Shown: positions 27,598 through 36,960 of the stretch, piece after piece
How the letters are laid out: each line of letters begins with the position of its first letter
How positions within the stretch are numbered: the stretch's first letter is position 1
NCBI GenBank assembly: GCA_902806345.1
Contig: CADCWF010000251.1
Coordinates: 1 to 61,332 of the forward strand
Origin: an uncultured Thermomicrobiales bacterium
Lineage (GTDB): Bacteria; Chloroflexota; Chloroflexia; Thermomicrobiales; UBA6265
Direction: 5' to 3'
Length of the DNA stretch: 61,332 nt
Notes under the pieces: model-generated
Databases searched by the model: none
What the model was told of the DNA's origin: nothing
What the model saw: the letters and a program-made list of their open reading frames with translations, nothing else
Translations under genes and position numbers: made by a program

Positions 27598-28053
27598 ATG
27601 CCGTCGTCCTTCCGATTCACGATCGTCGATGCCGACGGGGCGGTCAGCTTCGTCGCCCCAGCCTACGCCTTGAAGATGATCGCCGCCGCCTGTGGCAAGG
27701 GCGCGCAGCGGGTGGACGATCTGCTCCAGGGAGTGGGCGAGTTCGACCCCGCCCTGGCGACCGAGTTGCGGGATGGTCTGGCTCGGTTCGACGCAGGCGG
27801 CTCGGCGGGGAACGAACCGCTCGACCGCACCGGTCCCTTCCGAATCGGCGACGAGGCGACCCGGGCGGCGGCGCAGGAACCGGCCGCCTCCGGCCTGATC
27901 GTCGTCAACCTGCCGGAAAAGCGGATCGTCCAGGTCCAGAACAGCTACGCCGACCTCAAGCGGACCGACCGTGGCCGGTTGCGCCGCAACGGCCGCCCGG
28001 TCCAGCTCCTCTACCGCTACGACCTGCCGGATGAGTGGCGGATCGTGCCCTGA
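27598..28053 (+). CDS. Conserved-looking hypothetical cytoplasmic protein (151 aa)
   Basis: Globular composition, unlike the Arg/Pro-rich shadow frames: MPSSFRFTIVDADGAVSFVAP...GLIVVNLPEKRIVQVQNSY...YRYDLPDEWRIVP. Confidence 0.75.
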   Translation: MPSSFRFTIVDADGAVSFVAPAYALKMIAAACGKGAQRVDDLLQGVGEFDPALATELRDGLARFDAGGSAGNEPLDRTGPFRIGDEATRAAAQEPAASGLIVVNLPEKRIVQVQNSYADLKRTDRGRLRRNGRPVQLLYRYDLPDEWRIVP

Positions 28054-28112
28054 CGAGCGTCCACTCGTCGTGGACACACACCGGGCCGGTCGGATCGAGC
28101 GCGCCGTGATCG

Positions 28113-29024
28113 TCAACCCTTGACAGCGCCCATGGTGAAGCCGGCGATGAAGCGGTCGAGGAAGGCGTTGTAGAGCAGCGCGATCGGGATCGCGACCAAG
28201 GCCGCCGCCGCCATCAGCGACTGCCAGAAGTAGACATCGCCGCGGATCAGCTCCGTCGTCACCCCGATGCTGACCGTCTTCTGCGCCGATGACGTCACGA
28301 AAGCCAGGGCGTAGACGAACTCGTGCATCGTCAGCGCGAAGGAGAAGACGACCACCGTCAGCAGCCCGGGGATCGAGATCGGCAGCACCGTCCGCCAGAT
28401 CGCCCCGATGCGGGAGTAGCCGTCGATCATCGCCTGCTCCTCGATGTCCCAGGGGATCGACTTGAAGAAGCCCATCAGGAGCCAGGTGCAGAACGGGATC
28501 GTGAACGAGGGGTAGACCACCACCAGCGACCAGACCGAGTTCCGCAGGCCGAGGTCGGCCACCACCCGCGACAAGGGGATGAAGAGCAGGGTCGGCGGCA
28601 CGAGGTAGACGAGGAAGATGGCGATCCCCAAGCTCTCGCCCCAGCGGCCCGCCAGCCTGGTCAGGCTGTAGGCGGCCGGCACCGCCGCGAGCAGGGTGAT
28701 GACGACCACGAGCACCGCCACCAGCAGCGTGTTGCGGATGAAGGTGGCGTACTCCGTCTGGGCGAAGAGGTAGCCGATGTTCTGGAGGGTCGGCGGGTCG
28801 TTGTAGAGGAACGGGTTGAGGTTCGGGTCGTAGAGGTCGCTGTTCTGCTTGAAGACCGTCAGCAGCATCCAGGCGAAGGGAAGCGCGGCGAAGAGGGCGA
28901 AGGCCGTGGCCGCGAGGTAGAGCGCCCCCCGGCCGCCGATCCGGCCGCGCTTTTCCCGGCGGACATCGCGTGCAATTTCGGCGTCGGTAGGCATCGGTGG
29001 GGCCTGGTAGACGGGCGCCGCCAT
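28113..29024 (-). CDS. Carbohydrate ABC transporter permease (MalG-like)
   Basis: EAA loop FFKSIPWDIEEQAMIDG; start overlaps the upstream stop. Confidence 0.93.
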   Translation of the reverse strand: MAAPVYQAPPMPTDAEIARDVRREKRGRIGGRGALYLAATAFALFAALPFAWMLLTVFKQNSDLYDPNLNPFLYNDPPTLQNIGYLFAQTEYATFIRNTLLVAVLVVVITLLAAVPAAYSLTRLAGRWGESLGIAIFLVYLVPPTLLFIPLSRVVADLGLRNSVWSLVVVYPSFTIPFCTWLLMGFFKSIPWDIEEQAMIDGYSRIGAIWRTVLPISIPGLLTVVVFSFALTMHEFVYALAFVTSSAQKTVSIGVTTELIRGDVYFWQSLMAAAALVAIPIALLYNAFLDRFIAGFTMGAVKG

Positions 29025-29986
29025 CAGACCGTCTCCGTGCGGCGGGCAAGGCGGAGCATCATCGCGGCGACGCCGACCAGGACCGGGAACAGGAAGAGCG
29101 CGATCGCCGCCCCCTGGCCGAGGCTGCCGCCCTCGATCCCCCGGAAGTAGGCCCAACTCGCCAGTACCTGGGTCGAGTCGACCGGGCCGCCGCGGGTGAC
29201 GATGAAGACGACGGTCATGTCGGTGAAGGTGAAGACGATCCCGTAGAGGACTGCGACCGCCATGATCGGCAGCAGGAGCGGGATCCGGATCCAGACGAGC
29301 TGGCGGAAGAATCCGGCTCCGTCGACGTTGGCGGCGTCCTTGACGTCCTGCGGGATCGCGGTCAATCCGGCCAGGAGGATCACGGTCGCGAGCGGGAGCG
29401 TCCGCCAGACGTGGACCGTCAGGACCGTCAACTGGGCAAGGTCGGGCCAAGCCAGCCAGAGCGCGTTCGTGCCCTCCCAGCGCTGCCCGAGCGGGGAGCC
29501 GATGCCGAGCAGGCCGAGCCGCCGGAGCACGAAGTCGATCGGGCTGTAGACGTTGTCGAGGGTCCAGAGCCAGCCGAGGGCGCCGAGCGCGATCGGGGTC
29601 GTCCACGGCAGGAGGACGAGGAAGCGGACGAGCCGCTTGCCCTTGAAATCGGCCGAGAGGACAAGAGCCAGGATGTTCGCCAGGACGAGAACCGCGACCT
29701 GGGATACGAGGGTGAAGACGAACGTGTTCCGCAACGCCTGCCGGAACGTCGCGTTGCCGATGGCGTCCCCGAAGTTGCGGAGACCGACGAAGTCGAGGCT
29801 CTGGTCGCCGACGGTGACGTCGCTCAGGCTGTAGAGGATCGCCAGCACCAGCGGCACCCCGACCAGGGCGACGATGTAGACGACGGTCGGCAGCAGCAGC
29901 AGCGGCCCGAGGACGCCGGCCCGATCGAGCAGGTAGCGGCTCGGCCGCTGCTCGACAAGGTCGACGGCGGGGGTGCCGGCGGTCAC
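29024..29986 (-). CDS. Carbohydrate ABC transporter permease (MalF-like)
   Basis: FVGLRNF, LAGLTAIPQDVKDAANVDGA, and TRGGP. Confidence 0.93.
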   Translation of the reverse strand: MTAGTPAVDLVEQRPSRYLLDRAGVLGPLLLLPTVVYIVALVGVPLVLAILYSLSDVTVGDQSLDFVGLRNFGDAIGNATFRQALRNTFVFTLVSQVAVLVLANILALVLSADFKGKRLVRFLVLLPWTTPIALGALGWLWTLDNVYSPIDFVLRRLGLLGIGSPLGQRWEGTNALWLAWPDLAQLTVLTVHVWRTLPLATVILLAGLTAIPQDVKDAANVDGAGFFRQLVWIRIPLLLPIMAVAVLYGIVFTFTDMTVVFIVTRGGPVDSTQVLASWAYFRGIEGGSLGQGAAIALFLFPVLVGVAAMMLRLARRTETV

Positions 29987-31014
29987 GAGACGCTCCTGGC
30001 CGGGCGCCGCAGGCCCGTCTTGGCGTCGAACCGCTTCAAGTGCCTGAGGGGGACCGCAAACTCCGCGGTTGCCCCAGGTTCGACCGGGATCGGCACCGTG
30101 ACCGGGAAGCGGGCGATGACCTTCGCCTCCCCGACTTCGCCGTAGAGCAGCCGCTCCGCCCCCAGGTACTCCATCCTATGGACGTGGAACGGGAAGCGGG
30201 CGGCCCCGTTCACGCCGTCGGCGGCGGCCGGCTGGAAATGCTCCGGTCTGAAGCCGAGCAGGTCGCCCGCGGCCGGGTCCGGCACCAGGTTCATCGGCGG
30301 CGAGCCGACGAAGGTGGCGACGAAGGTGTCGGCCGGCTCGTCGTAGATCTCCTGCGGCGGTCCGAGCTGCCGGATGTGGCCCTGCTCCATGACCGCGATC
30401 CGGTCGCCCATCCCCATCGCCTCGACCTGGTCGTGGGTAACGTAGATGGTGGTCGTCGCGACCCGCCGCTGGAACTGCTGGAGCTCGTCGCGGGCGGAGG
30501 CGCGACGCTGGGCGTCCAGGTTCGAGAGGGGCTCGTCGAGGAGGAAGACGTTGGGCTCGCGGACGAGCGCCCGTGCCAGGGCCACCCGCTGCCGCTGGCC
30601 GCCGGAGAGCTGCCGCGGTTTCCGTCCCAGCAAGTGGTCGATGCCGAGGATGCCGGCGGCCCAGGCAATCCGCTCCTGCTGGGCGGCCTTCGGCATGTTG
30701 GCGGCCTTGAGCGGGAAGGCAATGTTGTCCTTGACGGACATGTGGGGGTAGAGCGCGTAGCTCTGGAAGACCATCGCGATCTGGCGAGCCCGTGGCGGCA
30801 AATCGGTGACGACCCGGCCTCCGATCAGGATGTCGCCGGCGGTCGGCGGCTCAAGACCGCCGATCATCCGCAGCAGGGTCGTCTTGCCGCAGCCCGACGG
30901 TCCAAGGAGGACGAGGAACTCCCCGTCGCGCGAGGCGATGTCGATCCCGTCGACGGCGGCCGCGCCCGTACCGTCGAACCGCTTCGTCAGCCCGCGGACC
31001 TCAACGACGGCCAT
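29983..31014 (-). CDS. Carbohydrate ABC transporter ATP-binding protein (MalK/MsiK-like)
   Basis: GPSGCGKT, VFQSYALYPHM, LSGGQRQRVALARAL, LLDEPLSNLDA, and YVTHDQVEAM. Start at ATG 31014. Confidence 0.95.
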   Translation of the reverse strand: MAVVEVRGLTKRFDGTGAAAVDGIDIASRDGEFLVLLGPSGCGKTTLLRMIGGLEPPTAGDILIGGRVVTDLPPRARQIAMVFQSYALYPHMSVKDNIAFPLKAANMPKAAQQERIAWAAGILGIDHLLGRKPRQLSGGQRQRVALARALVREPNVFLLDEPLSNLDAQRRASARDELQQFQRRVATTTIYVTHDQVEAMGMGDRIAVMEQGHIRQLGPPQEIYDEPADTFVATFVGSPPMNLVPDPAAGDLLGFRPEHFQPAAADGVNGAARFPFHVHRMEYLGAERLLYGEVGEAKVIARFPVTVPIPVEPGATAEFAVPLRHLKRFDAKTGLRRPARSVS

Positions 31015-31085
31015 TGCGGTCCCGCTGCCGAGGAGACGAGGGCATGGAACGACGCGGGAACGCGTTCGCCGGGCATACGCCACCG

Positions 31086-31188
31086 CCGTCATCCTGAGCG
31101 AAGCGAAGGATCTCTCTCCGACGCTCGACACCGCCGCTCGATCGACGCCGACACGCCAGGAGAGCCTTCGCTTCGCTCAGGATGACGG
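31086..31188. repeat. REP-like palindromic element, family A (best copy; 24-bp perfect inverted repeat)
   Basis: CCGTCATCCTGAGCGAAGCGAAGG (31086-31109) and its exact reverse complement (31165-31188), between the SBP and ATPase genes. Confidence 0.9.
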
Positions 31189-31271
31189 GCGGCGGCGATT
31201 GCCGACTCGTCGGGGCAAAGCAGCGGGGCACCGCTCCCTCGTCTCCTCGTCTTCCCGTCTCCACGTCTCGC

Positions 31272-32690
31272 CTACGCCCCGCCGCCGATCAGCCCTTCGC
31301 CGCGCCACTTGGCGAAGATCTCGTTGACCTCCTGTTCGGCCTGGGCCACGGAGTCCTGGGCGGACTGCTGGCCCTGGGCGGCGCGGGCCATCATGTTCGG
31401 CAGGATCGGCAGGGCAAAGATCTCGCCCATCGCGGCGTTGGCGGGGCCGGGGTGACCGAGATTGGTCGTCCAGTCATTGGCGGTCTGCAGCACCGCCAGC
31501 TTGTCGGCCGGCTCCGAGCCGAAGGGGTCTTCCGTCAGCCAACCCTCCAACTCCGGCACGGTCGAGGTCCAGGCCGGGAAGTTGTAGAGCTCGCTCTCCT
31601 CGCAGGCAGCGGCGTAGTTGCCGACCAGGTGGAGGAGGAACTCCTTGGCGGTGTCGGGGTATTGGGCGTAGTTGGGGATCATCGAGACGAAGACGGCGTG
31701 GCCGTGGGCGAGCGCCGCCTCCTCGCCGGCGGGGCCGACGATCGGCCGGGTGAAGAAGATGTCGGCGCCCGTCTCCGGCTGGTCGCGCTGGGCGGTGCGG
31801 TAGGCCGAGATGGAGTTGAGGATGTAGGAGGCGCGACCGGCGACGAGCAGTTGGTTGTTGCTGGCGGCGTTCCAGCCGAACACCTCGGGGGTCATCGCCT
31901 GCTGGTACAGCTGGGCCATGTACTCGACGGCGGCGAGCGTCTCCGGCGAGTTGATGACGACGTTTTCGTTCTCGTCCTGGACGGCGGCGCCGTAGGCCCA
32001 CATCAGGGACTGGGCCGCCATCCTGGAGTCGATCTCGTTCGACATCCCGAGGCCCATCTGGACCCCCTGGTCGGCCTTGATCGCAGCGCCGCCGGTGAGG
32101 AGGGTCTCCCAGGAGTCGGGGCCGGCCTCCATCCCGGCGGTCTCCCAGAGGCTGCGTCGGTAGTTGCCCGGGTCGGGCGCGTAGCCGTGGCAGAAGCCGT
32201 AGTAGACCTCCGTCGTCGGGTTGAAGGAGTTGCGGCGGGCCATCGGCAGTTGCTCGCCGTGGCGGGCGGTCGCCTCGTCGACGAGGTCGGTCAGATCGAG
32301 CACGCTCTTTTCGTACTGAGCGAGGGAGGCGATGTGCTCGACGATGTCGTGGCCCTGACCGGCGCCGATCTCAGCGGCGATGGCGGCCGGGATGTCGGCG
32401 GTGTTGATGTGGTCGACCTGGACGGTGACCCCGTTCGCCTCGCCCCACTCGGCGACGAACTGGTCGAACCAGACATCATGCCGAGGCACAAAGTGGCTCC
32501 AAAGGAGGATGCTGAGGTTGGTGCCCTCGATGTTCCGGGTGGTCGGCGTCTGGCGCAGCGTAGCGGCCCCAGCACCGGTCCGGAAGAAGGGGGTCGAGGC
32601 GGCGAGGAGGGCCGAAGCGCCCGCGCCCTGGAGGACACGGCGGCGGCTGGCCGGGCGGGCAATCATCGAGCGCAGGCGGTCGTCCCGCAT
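31272..32690 (-). CDS. ABC carbohydrate solute-binding protein with Tat-type signal
   Basis: SD AAAGGAG. Signal ASRRRVLQG...AGAA with no lipobox Cys; SBP_bac_1-like body. Confidence 0.9.
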   Translation of the reverse strand: MRDDRLRSMIARPASRRRVLQGAGASALLAASTPFFRTGAGAATLRQTPTTRNIEGTNLSILLWSHFVPRHDVWFDQFVAEWGEANGVTVQVDHINTADIPAAIAAEIGAGQGHDIVEHIASLAQYEKSVLDLTDLVDEATARHGEQLPMARRNSFNPTTEVYYGFCHGYAPDPGNYRRSLWETAGMEAGPDSWETLLTGGAAIKADQGVQMGLGMSNEIDSRMAAQSLMWAYGAAVQDENENVVINSPETLAAVEYMAQLYQQAMTPEVFGWNAASNNQLLVAGRASYILNSISAYRTAQRDQPETGADIFFTRPIVGPAGEEAALAHGHAVFVSMIPNYAQYPDTAKEFLLHLVGNYAAACEESELYNFPAWTSTVPELEGWLTEDPFGSEPADKLAVLQTANDWTTNLGHPGPANAAMGEIFALPILPNMMARAAQGQQSAQDSVAQAEQEVNEIFAKWRGEGLIGGGA

Positions 32691-32776
32691 AGCGTCGCTC
32701 CTTTGTATCCCACGGCGGATGATTCCCAGGCGGCAATACCTGGGGCTGCGCACTCAACCATCCTTGCGACGACCTG

Positions 32777-34390
32777 TCAAGGGACCGCGGGCAGCGGGAG
32801 GTCGAGGGGGGCATCCTCAACGGTCCGACACGTCGTTCCAGCGCAGGTCGTCAGTCGCTCGAGGCGCTCCGTCAGGTGGGCCTGGAGATCCGGGTCGAGG
32901 GCCATGATGGTGTTGTCCAGCTGGGCCGGGTCCGTCCGCAGGTCGTAGAACTCTCGCTCCCCGGTTCCGTACTCGACGTAGAGCAGGTCGGCCGTCCGCA
33001 CCGCCCGGTACGGAGGAACCTCCGATGCCCCCGCTCCCGACTCACCCGAGTCGCCCGGCGCCGACCCCCCGTCGTTCGCTTTGATCGGGCTGAAGAGCTC
33101 GCCCAGGAACGCCTGCCGCCAAGCCGCCGGCTGCTCCCCCCGCAGCTGGGGCACCAGCGAGCGGCCATCGACGAAGTCGGGCGGGGTCACCCCCGCCAAG
33201 TCCGCAATCGTTGGCGCCAGGTCGACGTTGAGGGCCAAGGCCGCCACCGAGTGCTTGGCCGCGATCCCCGGCCCTCGCACCAACAACGGCACCCGGATCG
33301 CCTCTTCGTAGGGCGCCTGCTTGCCGGCCGCCAGCCGGTGCTCGCCCGCGAACGACCCGTTGTCCGACGTGACCAGGAGAACGGTGTTCTCCAACCCGCC
33401 GCCAATCTCCAGGGTTTCGACCAAAGTCGCAACCATCTCGTCGACCGCTTGGAGGGAGCGGATCCGCTGGCGGTACTGCGCGTCGATCTCGAGGATCTGA
33501 TCGTCGCTGAGTTCCGGTGTTTCGCGGACCCACTGGGGCTTGTCACCGGTGTCGGTCTCGTTGAAGGAGGGCGACCGGGGCGCCGGCTCGTCGACAAACC
33601 GCTCGGCGTGCCGGGGGGCCGGAACAGCCGGCCAATGGGGTGCCAACGGGGCCACGCAGGCGAAGAAGGGGTTGCCAGTCGCCAAAGTTCGGCGGACGAA
33701 GTCGCTGACCTTCCCCGCCAGGACGTCGGTCGAGTAGTCCTCGACGTCTTGGCCGTAGGCGACCAGCCGACCGTTCTCGTTCAACTCGTAGTCGAAATAG
33801 GACGGTTGCTTACTCGCCAGGCCGAACCACTCCACCCAGCCCGGGGGCACGTCTCGGGCTCCCACACCCTTTGGGAACCCATTGAGGTATTTGCCGAAGT
33901 AGGCGGTCCGGTAGCCAGCCGCCTCGAGCCAGACGGCTACCGTGGACGCTTGGCGGCCGAGGCGGTGGAACGTCGAGAAACCGCCATTCGCGCCAGTGTT
34001 CGCCTGCATGCCGTGGTTATGGGCGTACTGACCGCGCAAGAGCGACGCCCGGGCGGGGCCGCAGACGGGGGTGGTCACGAAGAAGTTGGCGAAGCTCGTC
34101 CCCCGCTCCTCGAGGAGCGCACGGACGGAGGGCATGTGCGCAACCCCCTCCGCGTCGAGGTCGTCCAACAGGATCAGGACGATGTTCGGCCGAGTCCCTG
34201 AGGACGCTTCGCCGCCCTGGGCGACCCCCGGCGCAGCCGTCCGCAGTGGGGTACCCCAGGATTGAGCGGCGGCCATCGCCGGTGCGAATCGATGCCCAGC
34301 GGCGGTGCCCAGAATGCCTGCCAGGAGGCCGCGTCTCGTCGCGACGGGCCGCGGCGACGGCGCCGAGGCAACGCTCGTGTCGAGGGACAT
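32777..34390 (-). CDS. Cys-type sulfatase (N-acetylglucosamine-6-sulfatase-like) with Tat-type signal
   Basis: ATG at 34390 on the minus strand. ATRRGLL signal, PNIVLILLDD, CxPxR motif (CGPARASLLRGQYAHNHG), YFGKY, TSDNG, and KQAPYEE. The ORF track lists this frame as '+', but the translation reads from the minus strand. Confidence 0.93.
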   Translation of the reverse strand: MSLDTSVASAPSPRPVATRRGLLAGILGTAAGHRFAPAMAAAQSWGTPLRTAAPGVAQGGEASSGTRPNIVLILLDDLDAEGVAHMPSVRALLEERGTSFANFFVTTPVCGPARASLLRGQYAHNHGMQANTGANGGFSTFHRLGRQASTVAVWLEAAGYRTAYFGKYLNGFPKGVGARDVPPGWVEWFGLASKQPSYFDYELNENGRLVAYGQDVEDYSTDVLAGKVSDFVRRTLATGNPFFACVAPLAPHWPAVPAPRHAERFVDEPAPRSPSFNETDTGDKPQWVRETPELSDDQILEIDAQYRQRIRSLQAVDEMVATLVETLEIGGGLENTVLLVTSDNGSFAGEHRLAAGKQAPYEEAIRVPLLVRGPGIAAKHSVAALALNVDLAPTIADLAGVTPPDFVDGRSLVPQLRGEQPAAWRQAFLGELFSPIKANDGGSAPGDSGESGAGASEVPPYRAVRTADLLYVEYGTGEREFYDLRTDPAQLDNTIMALDPDLQAHLTERLERLTTCAGTTCRTVEDAPLDLPLPAVP

Positions 34391-34485
34391 CGTCGTTCGT
34401 CTCCTCGGTGACCTACAGTGACTGCGGACGGAGACCGGCCTGCCCCGCCGTGCCATGCCGAACCGCCTTGGATTGCCGGAGTGCG

Positions 34486-35457
34486 TCAGTCGGCCGGGAC
34501 GGCGACCGTACGGCGGACCGGTGTCAGCAGGTGGCGGTAACCGTCGTGCCTGCCGCGGACGGTGTCGTAGAAGATGCGGGAGATCTCGGCCGTGACCGGC
34601 CCTGGAATGCCCTCGCCGATCGGGCGGCCGTCGATCGTCGAGATCGGGGCGACCTGGACGCCGGTGCCGCAGAAGAACGCCTCCTCGGCCAGGTAGAGTT
34701 CCGAGCGGTCGATCTCGCGCTCGGCGACGGCGACGCCGGCGTCGCGGGCGAACTCGATCACGGTCCGCCGGGTGATCCCCTCGAGGATGTCGCCCGTGAT
34801 CGGGGTCGTCGTCAGCACGCCGTCGCGGACGAGGAAGAGGTTGCAGGCGCTGCCCTCGGCGACGTGGCCGTGGGAATCGAGCAGGATCGCCTCGTCGACG
34901 CCCTTCTCTTCCGCTTCGTCCTTGGCGAGGGCGGCGTTGACGTAGGAGCCGGAGAGCTTGCCGCGGCCGGGGATGGCCTGGTCCGGGACGCGGACCCACG
35001 ACGAGACGGCGGCCGTGACCCCGCGGGTGTCGAGGTAGTCGCCGAGGGCGAGCATGTAGATCGCCAGCTCGTCGTCGAGCCCCTTCAGGCGCGGCGTCAG
35101 TTGGATGGACGATTTGTAGACGAAGGGCCGGATGTAGACGTCGCCGCGCGGGGCGTTGCGCTCGACCAACTCGACGATCGTCTCGGCCAGCGTCTCCCGT
35201 GTGAACGGAAGGCGGGCCCGCAGCAGCTTCGCCGAGTTGAGCAGGCGCTTGCAGTGCTCGGGGAGGCGGAAGATGTTGATCGTCTCGCCATCGGCGTCCA
35301 GGTAGCCGCGGATCCCGGCGAACGCCCCCGTGCCGTACTGGACGGCGTGGGTGCCGACGCTGATCTTCGCCTCGGCGAAGGGGACGAAGCGCCCCTCGAA
35401 GAACGCGGTCTCCAGCATCGGCGAATCGGGCTGCTGCTCGGACGGCGAGGCGGACAT
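34486..35457 (-). CDS. ilvE: Branched-chain amino acid aminotransferase (PLP fold IV)
   Basis: HAVQYGTGAFAGIR, IFRLPEH, GDVYIRP, KLSGSYVN, EGSACNLF, ILEGITR, and EEAFFCGT. Confidence 0.93.
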   Translation of the reverse strand: MSASPSEQQPDSPMLETAFFEGRFVPFAEAKISVGTHAVQYGTGAFAGIRGYLDADGETINIFRLPEHCKRLLNSAKLLRARLPFTRETLAETIVELVERNAPRGDVYIRPFVYKSSIQLTPRLKGLDDELAIYMLALGDYLDTRGVTAAVSSWVRVPDQAIPGRGKLSGSYVNAALAKDEAEEKGVDEAILLDSHGHVAEGSACNLFLVRDGVLTTTPITGDILEGITRRTVIEFARDAGVAVAEREIDRSELYLAEEAFFCGTGVQVAPISTIDGRPIGEGIPGPVTAEISRIFYDTVRGRHDGYRHLLTPVRRTVAVPAD

Positions 35458-35558
35458 CGGGCGTCGTCTCCGGGGAAGCACCGCGGCATCGGATGGCCCG
35501 GCGCGAAGGGGGTCGGCGGCGAGAAGTATGGCACAGCGCCGGTGGCGTTCTCGGCCGT

Positions 35559-35574
35559 TGGCGCGGCGATTGCA
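35559..35574 (+). promoter_or_regulatory. Candidate sigma-54 promoter (best match in window)
   Basis: TGGCGCG-GCGA-TTGCA with GG-N10-GC spacing, about 110 nt upstream of ATG 35688. Confidence 0.7.
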
Positions 35575-35687
35575 TCGTCCACGACGAGCGAGCGGGCGGC
35601 GTCGCGGCACCAAGACTGAGGGCCGACGACGACGGTGGGGAATGTCTGGGGGTACCGGTGTCGCAACGGGAACGGACCACGTACCAC

Positions 35688-36632
35688 ATGGCGGAGCAGC
35701 GGGCGGCGGCCCTGCTCGGCCCGATCGAAGAGGCTGTACGCGATCTTCAGGATCGGACCGCGCACTACCTGGAGCGGCTGGATCTGGGGACCGATGCCAA
35801 CGCCGAGGCATTGCGGGAGGCGGGCGAAGCGCTCCGACTCGCGGCGGGGCGCATCGCGGCCGCGGCGGCCACGCCTGAAGCCGGCGTCCACCCGGCGACG
35901 ACGGGATCAAATGGTCGGAAGCGGATCCTCATCACCGGCGCCGGCGGCGGAATCGGCCAGGATCTGGCCGAGCGGCTCAAGGAGCGCTACGACCTGCGCC
36001 TCATGTACCGCAGCTCGGTGCCGGATGCGCCTCCGTCCCCCGATTTGGTGACCGCGGACATCGCGGACCTCAAGGCGGTCCTGCCGGCGATGGAGGGGAT
36101 CGACGCGGTCGTCCACCTCGCCGGCGAACCGGACCCGCGGGCCTCCTGGGAGGCGGTCCACGAGGCCAACATCATCGGCACCCGCAACGTGCTGGAGGCT
36201 GCTCGCCAGGCCGGCGTTGCGCGTGTCGTCTTCGCCTCGACCAACCACGTGATGGGCATGTACGACCGGGACCGACAGTGGCCCATCTATGCCGGACAAC
36301 CGGTCCGCCCCGACTCCCTCTACGGCGTCTCCAAGGCGTTCGGCGAGGCGCTCGGTCGCTACTACGCCGACCAATACGGCCTCGACGTTGTCTGCCTCCG
36401 CATCGGCTGGTTCTTGCCGGAGCCGAAGGACGAGATCTCTCGGTGGATGTGGCTGAGCCCGCGCGACTGCGCGCAAGTCGTTTGGCGAGCGATCGAGGCC
36501 GATGTCCGCTTCGGGATCTTCTACGCGATTTCCGCCAACGGCGGCCGCCACTGGGACATCACGGACACGATCGAGGTGCTCGGCTACCGACCGGAGGACG
36601 ACGCGGAGCGGTTCTTCGCCGAGCGTGGGTAG
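35688..36632 (+). CDS. NAD-dependent epimerase/dehydratase (uronate dehydrogenase-like extended SDR) with N-terminal helical extension
   Basis: ILITGAGGGIG, VVHLAG, FASTNHVMG, YxxxK (LYGVSK), and VCLRIGW. Confidence 0.88.
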   Translation: MAEQRAAALLGPIEEAVRDLQDRTAHYLERLDLGTDANAEALREAGEALRLAAGRIAAAAATPEAGVHPATTGSNGRKRILITGAGGGIGQDLAERLKERYDLRLMYRSSVPDAPPSPDLVTADIADLKAVLPAMEGIDAVVHLAGEPDPRASWEAVHEANIIGTRNVLEAARQAGVARVVFASTNHVMGMYDRDRQWPIYAGQPVRPDSLYGVSKAFGEALGRYYADQYGLDVVCLRIGWFLPEPKDEISRWMWLSPRDCAQVVWRAIEADVRFGIFYAISANGGRHWDITDTIEVLGYRPEDDAERFFAERG

Positions 36633-36674
36633 CAACGCGCCCTTGTGGTTCCGAAGCAAGCCGCCACCACCCGC

Positions 36675-36776
36675 GTCATCCCGAGCCCGCAGGCGAAGGA
36701 TTTCTTTCCCATTCGGCTTACCACGCACGAAAAAACACTGCTGCGACGGGGGATCTTTCGCTTCGCTCAGGATGAC
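36675..36776. repeat. REP-like palindromic element, family A
   Basis: GTCATCCCGAGCCCGCAGGCGAAGGATTTC ... GGATCTTTCGCTTCGCTCAGGATGAC, between convergent genes. Confidence 0.85.
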
Positions 36777-36960
36777 AAGGACAGGGGCGGGCGGGACGTT
36801 CGGCTCACGCGGAGTCCGTCTGGACAGTTCCGGTATTCGGCGCCGAGCCCCCACCCCCAGCTCTCCCTGAGCCCACCTCGGATCCCCGCGCTGGACCTTC
36901 TCCAGGCAGGGGAGGAGGCACCGCCGGGGCGTTGGACGAATCAACCACCTGGGATTGGAA

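Noticed and set aside
32777-35689. ORF-track entry '970 aa, + strand'
   Set aside because: The translation matches the minus strand. The real CDS starts at ATG 34390 (sulfatase); the upstream part is an off-frame read through ilvE.
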